From an uncultured Pseudomonadota bacterium (GTDB taxonomy: Bacteria; Oederibacteriota; Muellerivitia; Muellerivitales; Muellerivitaceae): a DNA stretch of 64,000 nt. Both the position numbers and the translations under genes were made by a program. Shown piece after piece: positions 28,362 to 38,485 of this stretch (position 1 is the first letter of the stretch; the number at the start of each line of letters is the position of its first letter). The stretch spans positions 800,001 through 864,000 of the forward strand of contig CAVYRH010000026.1 in assembly GCA_963770835.1 (NCBI GenBank). The letters are read 5' to 3'. Below the pieces are notes generated by a model. That model saw only the letters and a list, made by a program, of their open reading frames with translations. It was not told the origin of the DNA and ran no database searches.

Positions 28362-30692
28362 ATGACCTTAAGAATCCCCCCGATTTCCAGCCGGCCCATT
28401 TTTTGGGGAGCACTGGGAATCGGCGTTCTTAACTTGTTCTTGTTTGGGGACCTTTTTTGGGCGGGGTGTAATCAAGTTTTATCCAGCCCGCAGGCTGATT
28501 TATTCCTCCATTTTGTTGCTTGGCGGCAGTTTGCCTTTGAACAGCTTCGACAGGGACATTTGGTTCTTTGGAATCCTTATTACCTATGCGGAGCACCTTT
28601 CTTCGGGGGATTTGAAGCAGCCCTGCTTTATCCCCCAAACTGGCTTTACATGATCCTACCGCTGAGCCTGGCCATCAACCTGGGAATCATCCTTCATGTA
28701 ATTCTTGCTGGCTTTCTTACCTATCTTTGGGCCCTTCGCCGGGGGCTGCATCCAATGGGGGCTTTAGTCGCCGGAGTCATTTTTATGTGGAGCGGAGCCT
28801 TTTACCTTCATTTATTCGCAGGACATTTGCCTAATCTTTGCGCGATGACTTGGGCACCTCTCATTTTCCTGTGTGTTGACGGGTTGATTGAAAAAATTTC
28901 TTTGCGCTGGATTTTGCTGGGAATATTTGCTGTGTCAATGCAGATTTTAGCGGGTCATCCTCAATATGTTTATTTCACCGCCATCATTGTATGGATTTAT
29001 GGGCTGATCAATTTAAAGGGCCTCGGATCCAAAGGGTATTTTTTGGCTTCTTGGGCTGCGGTATACGTGGGAGCTTCCTTGTTAACAGCTGTTCAATTAT
29101 GGACGGGGATTGAAGCTTTCACGGAATGCGGCCGAAATATTCCCCTTGAAATCAGATCGGCAAGCTCATTTTCATTTCCGCCTGAGAATATCTTGACCCT
29201 TTTTTTACCGGGACTTTTTGGAAACCTGACAACCGTACCTTATTGGGGCCGATGGTACCTATGGGAAGTTTCATTTTATATCGGCGCTGTTGCATTTTTC
29301 CTGGTGGTCTACTGCGTCGTTGCTGAATCCTCCCCAAAAAAGTTGAAGCTCTTATTCGTGGCTTGTATTGTTTTCCTTTTTTCTCTGGGCGCTTATACAC
29401 CGTTGTATGGATTTCTCTACGACTATGTTCCGTTATTCAAAAATTTTCGGGGAGTTTGCAAGTTTGACTATTTGTCCACACTTTTACTGGCCATGTTGGC
29501 CGGGATGGGTATGGATCAACTCCTTCGCCATAAAAAAACGCCTTATTGGACATTTATTTTTTCACTTGTAGTTGGAGTCGTTTTGACCACTTTGGGGTTT
29601 TTCATTTATTTTTCGGCCCAAAACCTATTATCTGGTTACTGGGTACAGTGGTTTGGTTCAGTACATTGGCTCGAAAAGACGATAGGATTATTGGGAAATT
29701 CCCAAAAACAGACTTATGTGTTGGAATCTGGCTTACAAGCTGCCCAGACATTATGGGTAGGTGGGGGGGCGTTTTTACTTTTGGCTTTTTTGTTGAGGGT
29801 GCTGGCCGAAAACCGTAGAAAATCTTACGCTTTAATAATCCTTTGTATTTTGGAACTTTTCGTTTTCGCGCGTACTAACCGGCCGACCTTTGATCTCGCC
29901 ATCCTTCAAAAGAAATTTGCAGCAGTTGAAGATTTTTATTCGAAAAACCCGGGGGATTACCGGGTTTACGGAACCGGCAGCGCTTCCCTGGTTACGAGGA
30001 TAGATGATGTCTGGGAAGATGAACCCATGGTTTTGGGAAGATACGGTCGTTTTATTTGTCGAACCCAGAATTTAACGGAAAATCAATTGTTTTCGGTGGT
30101 CCCGATATTTCAGAAATTTCCTTCAATTTTGGGGATGCTAAGATTGAAATATCGGGTTTTCATGAATGAAGATCCCATTCGCATTGCTCCCTTTCCTTTC
30201 AAGGGCCTGCCGCGAATGAAGCTGATGGCCAATTGGAAGATTGTTTCTGATGGAAGTAAGGCTTTGGATGAAATTTTCAATGATTCCTTTGATCCGTTTC
30301 GAAAAGTAATTTTGGAAAGTTCTCCCGATTTTCCGCCTTCACCCGGTGAAGCGAAGGGAACCGTTAGCTGGGAAGATCTTTCCACGGATAAAATCGAAAT
30401 CAAAGCCGACTTGCCCGAAGCAGAACTTTTGTTGATCACAGATAATTATAGTGAGGGCTGGAGCGCGGAGGCCTTTCAGGACAGCGGCCAAAACCGGTAT
30501 CGAGTGCTGCCGGCCGATTATTTTTTGAGGGCCGTACCACTTTCTAAAGGCCACCATCATTTTTTTCTTGAGTACCGCCCAACGGTTTTTGAAATAGGGA
30601 AATGGGTTTCCATTGTTTCCTTGATCTTGTATGTTGTTATGCTCTTGATGGGGTTGAAACGCACTCTCGTTTCTATGAAAGCGACACCATGA
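28362..30692 (+). CDS. YfhO-like polytopic membrane protein (GT-C glycosyltransferase)
   Basis: LWNPYYLCGAPF, LLYPPNW, LAGHPQ; C-terminal LLITDNYSEGW...RAVPLSKGHH. Confidence 0.85.
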   Translation: MTLRIPPISSRPIFWGALGIGVLNLFLFGDLFWAGCNQVLSSPQADLFLHFVAWRQFAFEQLRQGHLVLWNPYYLCGAPFFGGFEAALLYPPNWLYMILPLSLAINLGIILHVILAGFLTYLWALRRGLHPMGALVAGVIFMWSGAFYLHLFAGHLPNLCAMTWAPLIFLCVDGLIEKISLRWILLGIFAVSMQILAGHPQYVYFTAIIVWIYGLINLKGLGSKGYFLASWAAVYVGASLLTAVQLWTGIEAFTECGRNIPLEIRSASSFSFPPENILTLFLPGLFGNLTTVPYWGRWYLWEVSFYIGAVAFFLVVYCVVAESSPKKLKLLFVACIVFLFSLGAYTPLYGFLYDYVPLFKNFRGVCKFDYLSTLLLAMLAGMGMDQLLRHKKTPYWTFIFSLVVGVVLTTLGFFIYFSAQNLLSGYWVQWFGSVHWLEKTIGLLGNSQKQTYVLESGLQAAQTLWVGGGAFLLLAFLLRVLAENRRKSYALIILCILELFVFARTNRPTFDLAILQKKFAAVEDFYSKNPGDYRVYGTGSASLVTRIDDVWEDEPMVLGRYGRFICRTQNLTENQLFSVVPIFQKFPSILGMLRLKYRVFMNEDPIRIAPFPFKGLPRMKLMANWKIVSDGSKALDEIFNDSFDPFRKVILESSPDFPPSPGEAKGTVSWEDLSTDKIEIKADLPEAELLLITDNYSEGWSAEAFQDSGQNRYRVLPADYFLRAVPLSKGHHHFFLEYRPTVFEIGKWVSIVSLILYVVMLLMGLKRTLVSMKATP

Positions 30693-31567
30693 AAATCTCC
30701 GAAATTTTTAAACAAAAAAAAAGAGTTCTTTCTTTTGAACTTTCCGCACCAAGGGACGGTAATGTTGATAGGCTTTTTCAGACGGTCGAAGAGCTGAAGA
30801 AAATGAAGCCGGACTATATTTCAATCACCTACGGAGCAGGCGGGTCATCACGGGACATGACCTACGGTATTGCGGTTCGTTTGAAAAAAGTGGGCACATT
30901 GCCGCTCATGCATTTTACTTGTGTTGGACATTCCAGGTCCGAAATCAAACAACTTTTGGACCAAGTCAAAACGGCTGGTATTGAAAACGTATTAGCTTTA
31001 CGAGGCGATCCCCCCAAAGGTCAGACGACTTTTGTTCCTGCTTCTGATGGTTTCCGCTATGCCAATGAGCTTATCCAATTTATTCGTTCGGAGGGCTACG
31101 ATTTCTGCCTTGGAGTAGCGGGTTATCCCGAAGGCCATCCCGAGGCTTCCAGTAGGGAGGAGGATCTTCAGAACCTAAAGCGAAAAATTGACGCCGGAGG
31201 CCAGTTTATCGTCAGTCAGTTGTTTTTCGACAATCGCGACTATTTCCGGTTCGTTAAACAACTTCTGCGGATGGGAATTCATCTTCCGGTCCAGCCCGGT
31301 ATTTGGTTGCTAACCGATTACGCACAGACCAAGAGAATATGCAATTTGTGCGGTGCTAAAATTCCAAAAGAGATTGCAGACCGGTTGGAATCTATCAAAG
31401 ACGATGAGGAAAAAGTGACTCGGCTTGGGATCGATTATGCCACCCGCCAATGCGAAGAACTTTTAAACCAGGGAGCCCCAGGAATTCATTTTTATGTTTT
31501 GAATAAAAACTATGTGGTTGAACAGGTTCTCGATAACCTGAAAGCCAAAGGGTTGGTGTTCCATTAA
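30689..31567 (+). CDS. metF: 5,10-methylenetetrahydrofolate reductase
   Basis: SITYGAGG, HFTC, LALRGDPP, VAGYPEGHP, SQLFFD, GIHFY. Confidence 0.96.
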   Translation: MKISEIFKQKKRVLSFELSAPRDGNVDRLFQTVEELKKMKPDYISITYGAGGSSRDMTYGIAVRLKKVGTLPLMHFTCVGHSRSEIKQLLDQVKTAGIENVLALRGDPPKGQTTFVPASDGFRYANELIQFIRSEGYDFCLGVAGYPEGHPEASSREEDLQNLKRKIDAGGQFIVSQLFFDNRDYFRFVKQLLRMGIHLPVQPGIWLLTDYAQTKRICNLCGAKIPKEIADRLESIKDDEEKVTRLGIDYATRQCEELLNQGAPGIHFYVLNKNYVVEQVLDNLKAKGLVFH

Positions 31568-31720
31568 ACTTCTTTAAGCGGTATCCACGCTTTATCTTTT
31601 ACAAATGTTCCGCGTTCTTCGCCAAGTCGGTATCTGCCAGCGGTTTTCTTCCTTTGAACACGAGATGTTTGGATATATACTTTAAGATGAATTTATCCCA
31701 TCCGTGACTTGGAGAAGGGC

Positions 31721-32155
31721 ATGACTGACACCGCTTCCATTTTCAGCCGCCTTCGACATGTTTTACAGAACACTTATTTCTTTCAGTCCCTTAAATTAAA
31801 TGAATTGGATGAATTGATCGGGCACTTGCGGATGATCCGTGTCCAAAAAGGATATGAAATCATCAAACAAGGCGATCCGGGAGATGCTTTTTACCTCATC
31901 GCATCGGGGAAGGTGTCGGTTTGGATGAAAAAGGGCTTCCGGAAGACCCAGGTGGCAACCCTTGGAACAGATGAGTTTTTTGGGGAAATGGCCCTCATTT
32001 CCAACGAGCCTCGCAACGCCACAGTGGTGGCTGAGGAAGTAACGGAGCTTTTCATTCTTCAGCGCTACGATTTCGACAAGATACTGATGAAAAATCCCGT
32101 GATCGCACAGGAATTAAAGAAAGCCTATTTCGAACGCAAAGAAAAGAACAAGTAA
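31721..32155 (+). CDS. Stand-alone cyclic nucleotide-binding domain protein
   Basis: IIKQGDPGDAFYLIASG, FFGEMALISNEPRNATV phosphate-binding cassette. Confidence 0.92.
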   Translation: MTDTASIFSRLRHVLQNTYFFQSLKLNELDELIGHLRMIRVQKGYEIIKQGDPGDAFYLIASGKVSVWMKKGFRKTQVATLGTDEFFGEMALISNEPRNATVVAEEVTELFILQRYDFDKILMKNPVIAQELKKAYFERKEKNK

Positions 32156-32172
32156 CCTTCCCCTCAAGATAA

Positions 32173-32201
32173 TTGACAAGCCCCCGGAAGATTGGCATAT
32201 T
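32173..32201 (+). promoter_or_regulatory. Putative sigma70 promoter upstream of tRNA/tilS
   Basis: TTGACA-17 nt-CATATT. Confidence 0.5.
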
Positions 32202-32301
32202 CACTGCCCCGGCTCTTTCCAAGATTACCGAAACGGGCCGGCCTTTTTTATTTTTCCAATGAGTTGCTGCCTAACCACTGGAAATAAGGGTCCCACCAAA
32301 G

Positions 32302-32378
32302 GGCGGGGTAGCTCAGTTGGTTAGAGCGACGGTCTCATAATCCGTAGGTCGAGAGTTCGAATCTCTCCCCCGCTACCA
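32302..32378 (+). tRNA. tRNA with CAT anticodon, most likely elongator Met (Ile2 not excluded)
   Basis: GGCGGGG acceptor stem, CTCATAA loop, GTTCGAA, CCA. Confidence 0.93.
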
Positions 32379-32408
32379 TTTTTCAAACCAATTCCAGAGA
32401 GCCCACTT

Positions 32409-33410
32409 TTGATGACCCCACTGTCCTTGCCACCTTTTTCTTTTTCCAAGAAAAGCCATTTGATTGTAGGAGTTTCTGGTGGTGCGGATTCATTAGGGCT
32501 CCTCGGTTTGTTAAACGACCAGTTCCCAAGCCAAAGGCGGCAGTTGATGGTAGCCCACGTAAATTATGGGTTAAGGGGGCAAGACTCCTTAAAAGATGAA
32601 AAAAAGGTCCGCCACTTGTGCGGGGATTGGGGGATTCCCTGCAGAATTCTTCGCGTTTCAAGATTTAAGACCAAATTTAAAAAACAAAAACGATCGCCAC
32701 AGGACCTGGCCAGGGAAATCCGATACTCTTTTTTTTTAAAACTGGCCCGTAAGGAAAAGGCCTGGGGGGTGGCGGTGGCCCACCACCGGGAAGACCAAGC
32801 CGAGACTGTTTTAGACCGGTTATTGAGGGGGGCGGGGCCCCGAGGACTTTCCGGTTTGAGGCCTGTTCAAACGCTCTGGCTTCCAGGGGGCGGGAATCTC
32901 AGGATTTGGCGGCCTCTTCTTTCCTATTCAAAAAGTCAAATTCAAGATTACCTTGAATCTCGTGGAGTTTCCTGGCGCGAGGACAAATCGAACCAAGAAA
33001 AAAAATATCGACGCAACCAAATCCGTCATGAAATCCTCCCGTTTCTTTCCCGGTGGAATCCTAACCTGCCTGAAGTTCTTGCACGATTGGGGGATGTCAA
33101 CGCGGCCGAAGACGTCCTACTGGAGGAACTTTTAAAGCCGGTAGAACGGAAAGTGAAAAGCGGGTGGCGACCCAACAGTTATTCCTGCAATGCCCTGGAT
33201 TTCTGCAAGATACCTTTGGCCCTTCAAAGAAGATGGATACGGCATGTCTGCGAAAAATTGACTCCCATGGCCAGAGGTCTTTCTTTTGATCGGATCGAGG
33301 AAATTCTTCTTTTATGGATAGGTACTGAAAAGGGCCCAAGAGACTTAGGGTTTGGGTTGACCGCCAACCGGAGTCAAAATCAGGGGTTTTTATCCTGGAA
33401 AAGGGATTAA
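32409..33410 (+). CDS. tilS: tRNA(Ile)-lysidine synthetase, short form
   Basis: VSGGADS PP-loop, HVNYGLR, AHHREDQAET, RPLL, RNQIR. Confidence 0.95.
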   Translation: MMTPLSLPPFSFSKKSHLIVGVSGGADSLGLLGLLNDQFPSQRRQLMVAHVNYGLRGQDSLKDEKKVRHLCGDWGIPCRILRVSRFKTKFKKQKRSPQDLAREIRYSFFLKLARKEKAWGVAVAHHREDQAETVLDRLLRGAGPRGLSGLRPVQTLWLPGGGNLRIWRPLLSYSKSQIQDYLESRGVSWREDKSNQEKKYRRNQIRHEILPFLSRWNPNLPEVLARLGDVNAAEDVLLEELLKPVERKVKSGWRPNSYSCNALDFCKIPLALQRRWIRHVCEKLTPMARGLSFDRIEEILLLWIGTEKGPRDLGFGLTANRSQNQGFLSWKRD

Positions 33411-33602
33411 TCCAGTCGTTTTCGAGGCTATCGGAGTGTTTTCGGAAGGTTTCTTACGCAATTTTTCGGGCGTGGCCCTATTCCCTCATTGCTTGCAAAT
33501 GGAAAAGAGGCTCGGCTATGATACGGTTCCTTGTTTCTTTGAGGATTTATTCCTACTTTAAGCGTGGTTTTCCAGCAGATATTTTGATCAAGGAGTGCTT
33601 CT

Positions 33603-35543
33603 TTGAACCAGACCTTTAAAATCCTGGCCGGGTGGCTCCTGGCCTTCGTCATCGTCATGTATTTTGCCCAACAATTCAACAAAACCAAATCCCAGACGGA
33701 GTTGGACTATTCCCAATTCGTTTCCTCCGTGCAGGCCGGTAACGTCGAGGCTGTAACCATCCACTCCGAGGACCGCTTGATTACGGGTATCACCAAGGAT
33801 AAAACCGAATTCAAGGTCGTCATGCCCGACGATCCGAACGGCAACATCGTAAACATGCTTATAAGCACTCATGTTCAAGTGAAGGAGGAAGCTCCGGTTC
33901 GATTAGGCCTTTTCTGGAATATTGTTCTCTCTATCGCCCCTTACCTTCTTATCGTTGGTTGGTTTATTTTCATGATGCGGCAGGCGCAGGCGGGAAGTGG
34001 TGGGGCACTGGCTTTCGGCAAAAGCCGGGCTCGGTTGATGACCTCGGGACAGCAAAAGATCACCTTCGCGGATGTAGCGGGTGTTGACGAGGCCAAAACC
34101 GAACTCATGGAAGTGGTGGATTTCCTCAAGGATCCCAAAAAATACCAACAATTGGGTGGGAAGATTCCCAAGGGTGTCATTCTCTTAGGTCCCCCCGGGA
34201 CAGGCAAAACCCTCCTAGCCAAGGCTGTGGCAGGGGAAGCGGGAGTCCCTTTCTTTTCCATTTCAGGTTCGGATTTCGTGGAGATGTTCGTAGGCGTTGG
34301 AGCGGCCCGCGTCCGGGACTTGTTTGAGCAGGGTAAAAAGCACGCTCCCTGCATCATTTTTATCGATGAGATCGACGCCGTCGGACGCCAACGGGGCGCC
34401 GGTTTGGGCGGCGGACATGACGAACGGGAACAAACTTTGAATGCCATGCTGGTGGAAATGGACGGGTTCAACACGAATACAGGCGTCATCCTGATCGCAG
34501 CTACTAACCGAATGGATGTCCTGGATCCGGCCTTGCTTCGTCCAGGGCGTTTTGACCGGCAAATCGTGGTTGACCGGCCTGACTTGGGTGGGCGCGAAGC
34601 CATTTTGCGGGTCCACGCGAAGAATGTGAAGTTGGCCGATGGTGTGGATTTAGTCGTGATTTCCCGCCGCACCCCTGGCTTCTCAGGGGCGGACCTGGCC
34701 AATCTTATTAATGAAGCGGCCCTTTTGGCCGCCCGTCGTAACAAAAAATCCGTTGAGATGCCGGAACTAGAAGAAGCCATTGACCGGGTCATGGCGGGAC
34801 CTGAGCGCCGTACCCGCGTCATTTCGGACGAAGAAAAGAAGATCGTGGCCTACCACGAATCCGGACATACCATCGTCGGCAAGATGGTGGACAAATCCCA
34901 CTCGGTTCATAAGGTTTCCATTATTCCCCGCGGCCATGCGGCCTTGGGGGCTACTTGGTATCTCCCCAACGAAGAAAAGTTCTTGGCCTCTAAGACCGAG
35001 CTCTTGCACCGCATTACAGCGCTTTTGGGAGGCCGCACCGCTGAGGAACTGACATTCGGTGACGTGACCACCGGCGCGGGGGATGACCTGAACCGTGCAA
35101 CTGAGATTGCCCGGGCCATGATCTGCGAATACGGCATGAGTGAAAAATTAGGCTCTATTACCCTCGGCAAAAAAGAGGATATGGTTTTCATCGGCCGCGA
35201 TTTAATGAAGGAAAAAAATTACTCCGAGCAGACGGCGCAGATGATCGATGGTGAGGTCAAGCGCATCGTGGAGGATTGCCACAAAAAGGCCATTGAGATA
35301 CTGAAAAAGAATCGCAAGTTTTTGAAGACAATGGCTGAGGCCCTCTTGGAACGGGAAGTGCTCGATAGTTCCGACGTGGATGATATCCTGGCGGGCAAGA
35401 AAATCGCATCCAAGGTTGTGACTAAGAACACGGCCCCGCCTCCTGCCGTTCCACCTCCCACGGCGCCGGTGACACCCAATGTGGTGTTAAAACCCCAAAC
35501 CTCTCCTTCGCAAACTTGGGGGGGCGGAGGACGGATTGGATAA
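33603..35543 (+). CDS. ftsH: ATP-dependent zinc metalloprotease FtsH
   Basis: Two TMs, [24 protein letters not shown]. Confidence 0.98.
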   Translation: MNQTFKILAGWLLAFVIVMYFAQQFNKTKSQTELDYSQFVSSVQAGNVEAVTIHSEDRLITGITKDKTEFKVVMPDDPNGNIVNMLISTHVQVKEEAPVRLGLFWNIVLSIAPYLLIVGWFIFMMRQAQAGSGGALAFGKSRARLMTSGQQKITFADVAGVDEAKTELMEVVDFLKDPKKYQQLGGKIPKGVILLGPPGTGKTLLAKAVAGEAGVPFFSISGSDFVEMFVGVGAARVRDLFEQGKKHAPCIIFIDEIDAVGRQRGAGLGGGHDEREQTLNAMLVEMDGFNTNTGVILIAATNRMDVLDPALLRPGRFDRQIVVDRPDLGGREAILRVHAKNVKLADGVDLVVISRRTPGFSGADLANLINEAALLAARRNKKSVEMPELEEAIDRVMAGPERRTRVISDEEKKIVAYHESGHTIVGKMVDKSHSVHKVSIIPRGHAALGATWYLPNEEKFLASKTELLHRITALLGGRTAEELTFGDVTTGAGDDLNRATEIARAMICEYGMSEKLGSITLGKKEDMVFIGRDLMKEKNYSEQTAQMIDGEVKRIVEDCHKKAIEILKKNRKFLKTMAEALLEREVLDSSDVDDILAGKKIASKVVTKNTAPPPAVPPPTAPVTPNVVLKPQTSPSQTWGGGGRIG

Positions 35544-36093
35544 GGCCCGAATTGAAAAGGCCGTCCGAGAAATCCTGCTCGCAATCGGTGAGAATCCAAA
35601 ACGGGAAGGGTTGAAGGATACGCCCAAACGCGTGGCCCGAATGTATGAAGAGGTTTTTTCCTGCATCGGAAAGAATCCGAGTGAAGCCATCACGGTATTT
35701 GAAACCGAAGGGCACGAAGAAATGGTCATTCTTCGGGACATCCCCTTTTATTCCATGTGCGAGCACCACCTCCTTCCCTTTTACGGCAAAGCTCACGTGG
35801 CTTACATTCCCAAAAGGGACCGGCTGGCGGGCCTCTCCAAATTGGCCAGGGTGGTGGAAATGATTTCTCACTGCCCCCAACTCCAGGAAAGAATCACCAC
35901 CCAGGTGGCCGATACTTTAATGAAAGTCTTGAAGCCCCACGGCGTACTGGTCATCGTGGACGCCGAACATCTTTGCATGACCATGCGGGGTGTCAAAAAA
36001 CCTGGTTCCCACATGACGACTTCCGCTGTCCGGGGTGTCTTCCAAAAGAGCGACATCACCCGCAAAGAAGCCTTGCAGTTGATCGGGAAGTAA
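35536..36093 (+). CDS. folE: GTP cyclohydrolase I
   Basis: [33 protein letters not shown]. Confidence 0.97.
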   Translation: MDKARIEKAVREILLAIGENPKREGLKDTPKRVARMYEEVFSCIGKNPSEAITVFETEGHEEMVILRDIPFYSMCEHHLLPFYGKAHVAYIPKRDRLAGLSKLARVVEMISHCPQLQERITTQVADTLMKVLKPHGVLVIVDAEHLCMTMRGVKKPGSHMTTSAVRGVFQKSDITRKEALQLIGK

Positions 36094-36098
36094 GCCGG

Positions 36099-37268
36099 AT
36101 GTCGGGGGGAAACGAGGTTTCTTTCCGGATTATCCATCCCGATCCCTTCGGTTTTTTCCAAACTCCCTTCCCATCCGAGATTACCTGTATCGCGGAGTTT
36201 CCCACCGCTGGACCCGCCCATCGTCTTACACAAACCTTAAGCCTTTCGCCCCAAATTCGCCATATTCAAATAGGTAAGAAGCCGCCATTTAAAGTCAGCT
36301 GGAGTTTTCCTAAGGCCCAGGCCCTTTCGTTTATTAAAGACCTCACGGATTTTCCGGAATTGTCCGGTCAAATCCGGAGCGGTTTAAACGCTTTTGAGGC
36401 CGACGATTTCTGGAAGTTGCCGGGCAGGGGGAAACGGACGTTTAAATGGAGCCATAAAACCCAAATCATAGGCATCCTCAATATCACGCCGGATTCCTTT
36501 TCCGACGGAGGACAGTATTTGGACCCCGTCCTCGCCGTCGAACAGGCTTTTCGAATGCAGGAAGCGGGGGCCGATTGGATCGACATGGGGGGGGAATCCA
36601 CGCGGCCAGGGGCCAAAGCGGTTACGACCCAAGAGGAGAAGAAAAGGATCCTGCCGGTCATAAAAGCCTGTGTTAAGGCCCTTCGCATCCCCGTGTCTGT
36701 GGATACTTACAAGGCGGAAGTGGCCCAGGCAGCGGTAGGGGAAGGGGCCCAGATGATCAACGACATCGGGGCGCTGAGGTTGGACCCCCGCATGGGGAAG
36801 GTTGTCGCACGACTGGGGGTGCCAGTCATCCTAATGCATATGCGGGGAAAGCCGCGGACCATGCAAAAGAACCCGGTTTACCGCGACGTGGTAGGGGATA
36901 TCCTGGCCTTTTTCCGTCAGAGGATCGCTTATGCCCGCCAATGCGGAATCCCGGAAGACCGTATTTTGTTGGACCCAGGCTTTGGTTTCGGGAAGACACC
37001 TTGGCACAATATCGAACTCACCCGTCGCCTTTGGGAATTCAAAGTCCTGGGCCGGCCCCTAGTCTTCGGTCCTTCCCGCAAGTCCACCCTCGGATTTCTC
37101 CTTGGGGGGGCGCCTCCCGAAAAAAGAGTGGAGGCTACCGGAGCGGCGGTTACCGCCGCCATACTCAAGGGGGCCGATTTCGTGAGAGTTCATGATGTTC
37201 AAAGCATGGCCCCTGTGGTAAAAATAGCTGACGCCATTCGATATGACCGGGGGCTCGCCGCACCATGA
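36099..37268 (+). CDS. folP: Dihydropteroate synthase with N-terminal extension
   Basis: ILNITPDSFSDGG, GGESTRPG, DPGFGFGK, SRKS, RVHDV. Confidence 0.96.
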   Translation: MSGGNEVSFRIIHPDPFGFFQTPFPSEITCIAEFPTAGPAHRLTQTLSLSPQIRHIQIGKKPPFKVSWSFPKAQALSFIKDLTDFPELSGQIRSGLNAFEADDFWKLPGRGKRTFKWSHKTQIIGILNITPDSFSDGGQYLDPVLAVEQAFRMQEAGADWIDMGGESTRPGAKAVTTQEEKKRILPVIKACVKALRIPVSVDTYKAEVAQAAVGEGAQMINDIGALRLDPRMGKVVARLGVPVILMHMRGKPRTMQKNPVYRDVVGDILAFFRQRIAYARQCGIPEDRILLDPGFGFGKTPWHNIELTRRLWEFKVLGRPLVFGPSRKSTLGFLLGGAPPEKRVEATGAAVTAAILKGADFVRVHDVQSMAPVVKIADAIRYDRGLAAP

Positions 37269-38029
37269 ACAGCCTCGTTACGCTGCTTTCCAATTTCCGG
37301 TGGGTGGATCTGCTGGACATCGCGATCGTTTCCGTCCTTGTTTACCAACTATTGCTTCTCATCCGTGAAGTGCACGCAACCCGAATTGTCTCGGGTTTCG
37401 TCATCCTCTTTGTGGCCACTATTTTTGCCAGCCAAGCCCACTTCCTTACATTGGATTGGCTTTTAAGCAACTTGGGGCCCTTTTTCCTCATTGCCTTCGT
37501 GGTGGTGTTCCAGCCCGATTTACGGCGGATCATCACCCAAATCGGCCGGGGCGGTTTCTTGGGCGGCGTTTTTCAAGGGGAGGCGGCCCTCTTCAAGGAA
37601 ATCACAACGGCCGTCAAGAACTTGGTCAAAAGCCGCCGTGGGGCCTTGATCGTAATCGAGCGGGATGACAGCCTCCAAAGCGTTTTAGACTCGGGGACTC
37701 GGATTGAGGCGGATGTGACCGCCGAACTGTTGGTAACCCTTTTCGTCCCTCATTCACCCCTCCATGACGGCGCGGCCATCATTCGCGGCGGCAAAATCGC
37801 GGCGGCGGCCTGCATTCTACCCTTAAGCCAGAACCCTAATTTAAGTAAAACCTATGGGACCCGCCACCGGGCGGCCGTAGGTATCACGGAGGAAACGGAC
37901 GCCCTGGCCATAGTCGTGTCGGAGGAGAATCACACCATTTCCTTTGCCATGGCGGGGAAGATCACTCCCGAAATCGACGCGGAAACATTGGAAGAGATGT
38001 TGACCCTCTATGGGACGAAAGTGGATTAA
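37265..38029 (+). CDS. cdaA: Diadenylate cyclase CdaA/DacA
   Basis: Three TMs, FQPDLRR, LHDGA and GTRHRAA catalytic motifs. Confidence 0.95.
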   Translation: MNSLVTLLSNFRWVDLLDIAIVSVLVYQLLLLIREVHATRIVSGFVILFVATIFASQAHFLTLDWLLSNLGPFFLIAFVVVFQPDLRRIITQIGRGGFLGGVFQGEAALFKEITTAVKNLVKSRRGALIVIERDDSLQSVLDSGTRIEADVTAELLVTLFVPHSPLHDGAAIIRGGKIAAAACILPLSQNPNLSKTYGTRHRAAVGITEETDALAIVVSEENHTISFAMAGKITPEIDAETLEEMLTLYGTKVD

Positions 38030-38078
38030 CAGGCTGGCCACGCGGTTGCACTGATTCGCAGCTAAGAAGGATTTTGAA

Positions 38079-38483
38079 ATGAAACGTTGGATTTTCGAGA
38101 ATTTTGGGCTTAAGGTCCTGGCGGTCGTTATTGCCTTTGGCCTTTGGGCCTACGTGGGATCCCGGCAGGTTTTGGAGCGGCGCATTACCCTTCATATCGA
38201 GTACACGGAAATTCCGGCGGGCGTCACTTTGGGCTCCAATGTCCGGACTTCCATTCCCGTGGTTCTCGTCGGCCGGCCGGAAAGCATGGTGGACCTGGAT
38301 CCGGACGAATTGAGGGCGGTGGTTAGTTTAAGGGGTTGCCAACCGGCCCAAAAGGAAATGACTGTTCACCCGAAGATACCCGACCTACCCACGGGCGTCC
38401 GAGCCAATGTTTCGGACTTCCAAGTTCCCCTCGTTCCCCCGCCGGACCCTCAGGACCTCGGCCGAAAAAAATCCAGGAGATAG
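38079..38483 (+). CDS. cdaR: CdaR/YbbR-like regulator (single domain)
   Basis: NFGLKVLAVVIAFGLWAYV N-terminus; follows cdaA. Confidence 0.8.
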   Translation: MKRWIFENFGLKVLAVVIAFGLWAYVGSRQVLERRITLHIEYTEIPAGVTLGSNVRTSIPVVLVGRPESMVDLDPDELRAVVSLRGCQPAQKEMTVHPKIPDLPTGVRANVSDFQVPLVPPPDPQDLGRKKSRR

Positions 38484-38485
38484 TC

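Noticed and set aside
25246..32300. Genomic island integrated at tRNA-fMet or tRNA-Met
   Set aside because: No integrase, no duplicated tRNA 3' end seen, and the content is mostly housekeeping
35757..36098. 503-aa version of folP overlapping folE
   Set aside because: The upstream part is an alternative frame of folE; ATG 36099 just after the folE stop is more plausible
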